Below are positions 59,041 through 64,000 of a stretch of 64,000 nucleotides of DNA, piece by piece (positions within the stretch are counted from its first letter, which is position 1; each line of letters begins with the position of its first letter). The stretch covers positions 44,757 to 108,756 of the forward strand of contig JBFMGU010000001.1 in the NCBI GenBank assembly GCA_040752415.1, in the 5' to 3' direction. The position numbers and the translations under genes were made by a program. This DNA is from Myxococcota bacterium. GTDB taxonomy: Bacteria; Myxococcota; JACRCW01. The notes beneath the pieces were generated by a model, which saw only the letters and a list, made by a program, of their open reading frames with translations, was not told where the DNA came from and searched no databases.

Positions 59041-59056
59041 GAACACGCGCGTGTTC
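59041..59056. promoter_or_regulatory. Perfect 16-bp palindrome, candidate operator
   Basis: GAACACGCGCGTGTTC, 46 bp upstream of the wHTH start codon. Confidence 0.5.
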
Positions 59057-59345
59057 GGGTCTTCACCCTGGTGGGGTCCGACCCGTTCCTGCCGTGTTCC
59101 GCCCCGTTGATGGGGGTGTTTGGCGAGCATGTGCAGCCGTTTGGTCCACAAGATGCCAGGCTTCGGGCCATCCACCGGGGGTTGTTTGGGGGCTGCCGGG
59201 GGGTGGTCGGCCCTTACCCGGCGTGACTTGGGCCTTGCCCGACAATGTTCCGGTCCTTCCCTGAGGTGGTTTGCTCCCGGTGATGAGGTGGCTTGATGGT
59301 GGCAATGAGGGTGGTTTGCGCCGGGATTGCATGGGTTCGCCCCGC
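59048..59345. repeat. Degenerate ~22-bp periodic array
   Basis: GTTYGG-like cores at 59053, 59075, 59096, 59118, 59139, 59161, 59184, 59205, 59227, 59247, 59269, 59291, 59314 and 59336. Confidence 0.5.
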
Positions 59346-59438
59346 GCTGGCGCCTCAGGGGAGGGACGCCCGGCCGCAAGGCGGAGCCACCGGCCCGAGG
59401 GGTGACAGGGGATCCCGGGTGCGCTACCACGTCGCGGC

Positions 59439-61607
59439 ATGAGCCTGAACACATGTGCAGCCGAGGGGGCGGGCGCCGCGGGGGCGAGAGCAGTGCTACC
59501 GCTGTCCGCCGTGGAGACGTCCCCGCCCAACATCGCTGAGCCGCTCGCTCCGTCGGACAAGCTGCACGCTGCGCTGGCGCTGATGGGCTTTGAGCGCTTC
59601 AAGCCGGGTCAGCGGGAGGTGGTGGAGGCCGTGCTGGCCGGTCGCGACGCGCTGGCCATCATGCCCACCGGCGCGGGCAAGAGCCTGTGCTACCAGCTCC
59701 CCTCGCTCCTGCTCCCCGACGTCACGCTGGTGGTGAGCCCGCTGATTGCGCTCATCCGTGACCAGGTGGCGCGGGCCACGGCGCGCGGGCTCCCGGTGGT
59801 CAGCCTCACCAGCCACGACGGACGGGAGGAGCGCAGCCAGAAGCTGGCCCGCATTGCGCGCAAGGAGGCCCGGCTGGTCTACGCGGCGCCGGAGGGCCTG
59901 CGCAGCCAGGTGGTGCTGGCGGCGCTCAAGGAAGCGGGCGTGAGCCTGTTGTGCGTGGACGAGGCGCACTGCATCAGCGCCTGGGGCCATGACTTCCGCC
60001 CGGACTACGCGCGGCTGGGCGCCCTGCGCGCGCTGGTGGAGCCGCGCAGCCTGCTGGCCGTCACCGCCACCGCCACGCCGCTGGTGCGTCAGGACATCCT
60101 GCGCTCCTTGTCCATGACGGATGCGGCCACCGTGGTCACCGGCTTTGACCGGCCCAACCTGCGGCTCGCCGTCACGGAGGTGAAGGGCCCCGACGAGAAG
60201 CTGGAGGTCATCCGGCGCACGCTCCAGGAAGAGCTCAGCCTGGGCGGGAGCGCCATTGTCTACTGCAACACGCGCAAGAACACCGAGGAGCTGACGGTGG
60301 CGCTGGGTGCCCGCGGCGTGCGCGCGGTGGCGTATCACGCGGGGATGTCGCCGCCGGCGCGGGAGGAGGCGCAGGGACAGTGGGAGCGCGGGGAGGTGCC
60401 CACCATCTGCGCCACCAACGCTTTTGGCATGGGCGTGGACAAGCCGGACGTGCGGGTGGTGATGCACCACGCGCTGCCCCGCAGCCCGGAGGCGTACTAC
60501 CAGGAGGTCGGTCGCGCCGGGCGTGACGGATTGAGCGCGCTGGGGCTGCTGCTGTTTGACGCCGGGGACATCCGCTTTGCGCGGCGCATGCTGGAGCAGA
60601 GCTGCCCGGATGAGCAGAGCGTGTGGCGCGCGTGGGAGGCGGCGCGTCGCTTCGCGGACCAGGACGGCATCTGCGCTCCCTCGCTGGACGCCCTGGCGGA
60701 GCGCGTGGCTCCCGCCGCCGGACCGGCCGCGCGCGCCGCGGTGATTCACCTGTTGCAGGCGGGCGCGCTGGTGCAGGAGGGCCAGGGCATGCGCCTGGCG
60801 GGCGGGGAGCTGCACGTCAACGCGGAGCTGCTGGAGGCGCGGGCGCGCGCGGAGGAGCGCAAGCTCCATGACATGCTGGCCTACGTGCAGCGCGCCACGT
60901 GCCGGCAGGCGGCGCTGGTCACCTACTTCAGCGCGGGGGACGCCACCGCGTGCGGCCGCTGTGACCTGTGCGTGGGGGGCAGCCTCCGGGAGGTGGCGGG
61001 GGAGCAACGGCTGGACGTGCTGAAGGCGCTGTCCTGCGTGGCGCGGATGCTGGGACGCTACGGGCGCGTGCGCGTGGCGGAGGTGCTGCTGGGCTCCCAC
61101 GCGCGGCCGGTGGTGGAGGCGGGGCTGGACAAGCTCTCCACCTGGGGGCTGTTCCGCAACCGCAAGCGCGCGGAGGTGCTGGAGCTGCTCAACGCGCTGG
61201 AGCGCGCGGGCCTGGTGGTGGGCACCGTCGGGGAGTACCCCACGCTGGACCTCACGGAAGCGGGCACGCGCGTCCTCAAGGACGGCGTGGTCCCGCCCAT
61301 GTGGCTGCCGCGTGCGCCCGCGGAGGTGCGGCCGGTGGAGCGCGCGGTGTCGTCGGCGGCCGTGGGGGAGGAGCCGCCCATCTCCGCGGAGGATTCCGCG
61401 CTGGTGGAGGCGCTCCGCACCTGGCGCGGCAGCATGGCCCGCAGCCTGCGCGTGCCGCCGTACATCCTCATGAATGACCGCACCCTCAAGGCGGTGGCTG
61501 CGCTCAAGCCGCGCACGCCGCAGGAGCTGATGCAGGTGCCCGGCATGGGACGCGTCAAGGTGGACAAGTACGGCGCGGCCATCCTGGCCGTGGTGCGCGG
61601 CGCCTGA
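59439..61607 (+). CDS. recQ: RecQ family ATP-dependent DNA helicase
   Basis: MPTGAGKSLCYQLP, VDEAHCISAWGHDFRPDY, TATAT, YYQEVGRAGRDG, Zn site CR...CGRCDLC, RQC and HRDC domains. Start uncertain. Confidence 0.95.
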   Translation: MSLNTCAAEGAGAAGARAVLPLSAVETSPPNIAEPLAPSDKLHAALALMGFERFKPGQREVVEAVLAGRDALAIMPTGAGKSLCYQLPSLLLPDVTLVVSPLIALIRDQVARATARGLPVVSLTSHDGREERSQKLARIARKEARLVYAAPEGLRSQVVLAALKEAGVSLLCVDEAHCISAWGHDFRPDYARLGALRALVEPRSLLAVTATATPLVRQDILRSLSMTDAATVVTGFDRPNLRLAVTEVKGPDEKLEVIRRTLQEELSLGGSAIVYCNTRKNTEELTVALGARGVRAVAYHAGMSPPAREEAQGQWERGEVPTICATNAFGMGVDKPDVRVVMHHALPRSPEAYYQEVGRAGRDGLSALGLLLFDAGDIRFARRMLEQSCPDEQSVWRAWEAARRFADQDGICAPSLDALAERVAPAAGPAARAAVIHLLQAGALVQEGQGMRLAGGELHVNAELLEARARAEERKLHDMLAYVQRATCRQAALVTYFSAGDATACGRCDLCVGGSLREVAGEQRLDVLKALSCVARMLGRYGRVRVAEVLLGSHARPVVEAGLDKLSTWGLFRNRKRAEVLELLNALERAGLVVGTVGEYPTLDLTEAGTRVLKDGVVPPMWLPRAPAEVRPVERAVSSAAVGEEPPISAEDSALVEALRTWRGSMARSLRVPPYILMNDRTLKAVAALKPRTPQELMQVPGMGRVKVDKYGAAILAVVRGA

Positions 61608-61694
61608 GCGCGGACGGAGCGGTCGCGCGCGTTGCCCTCCGGATCCACCCTGGGTGAAACTCACCGCGGAACCGCGTTTCCTCTCGGGGGCCGC

Positions 61695-62843
61695 ATGTTG
61701 CACCGTCCTTCCCGCGCCGGGTTGTGCCTCGCCCTGTCCGGCGCGGCGCTGCTCTTCCTCCCGCATGCGCGCGCCGAGCCGCCGGCCGAGCGCACGGTGG
61801 GGCTCAGCCTGGGGCAGGGTGGCCCGACGGGGGCGGAGCGTCGCAAGGCGCTGGTGATTGGCAACGCCGCCTATCTCTCCAGCCCGCTCAAGAACACCCT
61901 CAACGACGCGCGCGCCGTCAGCGCCTCGCTGGGCGAGCTGGGCTTTGAGGTGACGCTCAAGACGGACACCACGCTCAAGGACCTGCGACGCACCCTGGGC
62001 ACGTTCGTGGACTCGGTGGAGAAGGATGACATCGTCTTCTTCTTCTACGCCGGCCACGGCCTGGAGATTGAGGGCATCAACTACCTGGTCCCGGTGGACT
62101 TCAACGCGGAGCGCGCCGCCGACGTGGCGTACGAGGCCTTCCCGCTCAACCAGTTCCTGGACGGGATGGAGGCGCGTCGTCCCTCGGTGAACGTGGTGGT
62201 GCTGGACGCGTGTCGCAACAATCCGTTTGTCTCGGGGACGCGCGCGTTCGGTCGCCGGGGGCTGGCGGAGGTGCGCGCGGGTCAGGGCTCGCTGATTGCG
62301 TTTGCCACCAGCCCCGGCAAGACCGCCAGCGACGGGGATACCGGCGCCAACGGCGTCTTCACCGGCGCGCTCATCCGGCACCTCAAGCGCCCAGGTGTGG
62401 ACATCGAGGCCATGTTCAAGGACGTCTCCGACGACGTGGCCGTGGGCACCGGACGCGAGCAGGTCCCGTGGCGCTCCAGCAGCATCGTGGGGAAGTACTA
62501 CCTGGCCGGCGCCGCGGGGGGCGCTCCGGTGGCCGCGTCAACTCCGCCGCCGGACCCCACGCCTGCCCCCTCGTCGTCGCAGCCGGTGGCCGCCTCCCGA
62601 CCGCTCCCGTCGCCGCCGGCCACGTTGCCGGACTCCATCCCCAACGCGGGCGGTCAGGGCGAGGTGAAGGTTCCCAAGAAGGAGCCCACGTCGACGCGCC
62701 CCGGCTGGATCATCCCGGTCCGCATCCTGGGCGTGGTGATGATCCTGGTGGGGCTCCCGCTGCTGTGGTTCTTTGGCGTGTTCGGGCTGATCCTGATCAT
62801 TGGCGGCGGGGTGGCCATCGCGGTGAGCATCATCAAGGGGTGA
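61695..62843 (+). CDS. Caspase-like (peptidase C14) protein with signal peptide and C-terminal TM hairpin
   Basis: ALVIGNAAY, FFYAGHG, NYLVPVD, VLDACRNNPF, NGVFT, EQVPW; Pro-rich linker; two hydrophobic helices at the end. Confidence 0.92.
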   Translation: MLHRPSRAGLCLALSGAALLFLPHARAEPPAERTVGLSLGQGGPTGAERRKALVIGNAAYLSSPLKNTLNDARAVSASLGELGFEVTLKTDTTLKDLRRTLGTFVDSVEKDDIVFFFYAGHGLEIEGINYLVPVDFNAERAADVAYEAFPLNQFLDGMEARRPSVNVVVLDACRNNPFVSGTRAFGRRGLAEVRAGQGSLIAFATSPGKTASDGDTGANGVFTGALIRHLKRPGVDIEAMFKDVSDDVAVGTGREQVPWRSSSIVGKYYLAGAAGGAPVAASTPPPDPTPAPSSSQPVAASRPLPSPPATLPDSIPNAGGQGEVKVPKKEPTSTRPGWIIPVRILGVVMILVGLPLLWFFGVFGLILIIGGGVAIAVSIIKG

Positions 62844-62860
62844 GCGCGCGTCGACGTGGT

Positions 62861-63376
62861 TCACGCCACGTCCACCACGCTCCACTCATGCCATTCACCC
62901 TTGATCTGTACGTCGAAGGTGTCGCCCACGCGCTTGCCCAACAGCGCGCGGCCCACGGGGGAGGCGGGGGTGATGACGGAGAGGAAGCCGTCGCCGTCGG
63001 GGCCGCTGAGCTCGGTGCCCGCGCCCACCGGCAGCAGGATGAAGGTGCGCTCCCGGTGGCCGGTCTCGTCGTTGCTGGCCACGTCCACCATGGCGCCCAG
63101 GCCCACCGGGGTCTTGCGGTGGTAGCTGGGGAGGGGTTTCGCGCTGAAGGCCACCAGGCTGTCCAGCTCCTCCTGCATCTTGCGCGCACGCGCGGCCTGT
63201 CCGGTGGCCATGCTGCCGAACTCCAGCGCGGCGCGGCTGTCCTCTTTCTTCTCCGACTCGGTGGACATGGCGGTGGCGGCCTCCCGGGCGTCCTCCTCGG
63301 CGCGACGCGCTACCGACACGCTCTGACGGAGTTGGCTCACCAGCTGCTCAATGAAGAACTGCTTGGGCGCGGGCAT
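62861..63376 (-). CDS. GreA/GreB-like elongation factor family protein
   Basis: N-terminal coiled coil; VGLGAMV; ITPASPVGRALLGKRVGD C-terminal motif. Confidence 0.85.
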   Translation of the reverse strand: MPAPKQFFIEQLVSQLRQSVSVARRAEEDAREAATAMSTESEKKEDSRAALEFGSMATGQAARARKMQEELDSLVAFSAKPLPSYHRKTPVGLGAMVDVASNDETGHRERTFILLPVGAGTELSGPDGDGFLSVITPASPVGRALLGKRVGDTFDVQIKGEWHEWSVVDVA

Positions 63377-63434
63377 GTGCAGGAAATAACGCAGGCCTGA
63401 GCGCGGGGGCCAATTTCCGGACCGGCACCTCGCG

Positions 63435-63998
63435 CTACCACGTGGTGCACGACGACGACGCGGCGGTCTGCCCATGGCGGTTGGAAGCCGCGCCCGTGCC
63501 ACCTGTGCCGCCGTTGGCACTGCAGCCCGTGGCGCCCATGCTCATCACCTTCACCATGGCGCGACCCGCTCCGCCGCCACCGCCACCCGCCGTGGTGGTC
63601 CCCGCTCCGCCCTTGCCGCCATTCACCGCGCTCTGCGCGCCGTTGATGGTGGCACCCGCGCGCAGGATGAGCGTGCCGCCCGCGCCGCCGCCGGCGCCGG
63701 GGTCACTCGCGCCGTCGGCGCCGTTGGCGGTGAAGCGGGGCGGGCTGCTGAGGTTGACGCCGGGGTCCAGGGTCTGCGCGAACACGAGCACGATGCCGCC
63801 GCCCGCCCCGCCCCAGGTCACCGCGCCCGCCGAGCTCACGCCGGTGCCTCCGCCGCCGCCCAGCAGCAGGCGGAAGGTGGCGGGGGATGCGCTGGCGCCG
63901 CCCTGCGCGGTGACGTCGGGCTGGCAGTTGTTCTTCCCGCCGTTGCCGCCGGCGGTCTGGTTCCCTCCGCCGCCCCCGCCACCCTCGTCCAGCGCGCC
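63435..63998 (-). CDS. Gly-rich secreted protein, C-terminal part (AgmC-like glycine-rich domain); 5' end lies beyond the window
   Basis: Frame is open to the window end: GGGGGGNQTAGGNGG...RLLLGGGGG...GGAGGGIVLVFA...ANGADG...GGGGAGG. Confidence 0.7.
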   Translation of the reverse strand, partial: GALDEGGGGGGGNQTAGGNGGKNNCQPDVTAQGGASASPATFRLLLGGGGGTGVSSAGAVTWGGAGGGIVLVFAQTLDPGVNLSSPPRFTANGADGASDPGAGGGAGGTLILRAGATINGAQSAVNGGKGGAGTTTAGGGGGGAGRAMVKVMSMGATGCSANGGTGGTGAASNRHGQTAASSSCTTW

Positions 63999-64000
63999 GC

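Larger units (their letters stand above)
56811..59405. mobile_element. Putative small inserted cassette between ppx and recQ (no integrase present)
   Basis: CGAGGGGTGA at 56811-56820 (includes the ppx stop) and again at 59396-59405. Interior genes use visibly more A/T-ending codons. TA-like cargo. Confidence 0.45.

Noticed and set aside
59048..59345. Periodic array as a CRISPR or mini-CRISPR
   Set aside because: The ~22-bp period is too short for repeat plus spacer, the units are not identical, and there are no cas genes.

Overview
High-GC bacterial DNA, most consistent with a Myxococcota-type chromosome (CglD-like and Ig/VWA lipoproteins, myxobacterial-type Ser/Thr kinase, AgmC-like Gly-rich protein). 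From left to right: (1) 1-14.5 kb, a mixed-orientation surface-glycan cluster (GT2/GT4s, ABC exporter, SAM methyltransferase, OafA acyltransferase, DegT aminotransferase, epimerase, hexapeptide acetyltransferase, SGNH protein). (2) 14.5-32 kb, housekeeping and envelope genes (lysA-dapA-dapB, a beta-barrel, two Ig/PKD lipoproteins, alaS, pcm, a heptad-repeat protein, a CHASE2 adenylate cyclase, a DUF2064/GT2 pair). (3) 32.4-45.8 kb, an adhesion-like locus with a 2301-aa CglD-like lipoprotein, a kinase, an M23 peptidase and a second VWA lipoprotein. (4) 46-56.8 kb, tadA, antiporter, ArsC, SDR, receivers, Zn-dehydrogenase and Ppx. (5) 56.8-59.4 kb, a small apparent insertion between ppx and recQ, bounded by a 10-bp direct repeat. 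It carries an XRE-ImmA/IrrE peptidase, a coupled PIN gene with an internal stop that the ORF track only partly shows, a small winged-helix gene and a degenerate ~22-bp periodic array. This is the best candidate for an undescribed system. (6) recQ, a membrane-anchored caspase-like protein, a Gre-like factor and a truncated Gly-rich gene. Two intergenic inverted-repeat elements (22.1 kb, 47.4 kb) were found by eye. No rRNA, tRNA, CRISPR array, integrase or transposase was recognised. All family calls come from motif recognition, not from database searches.
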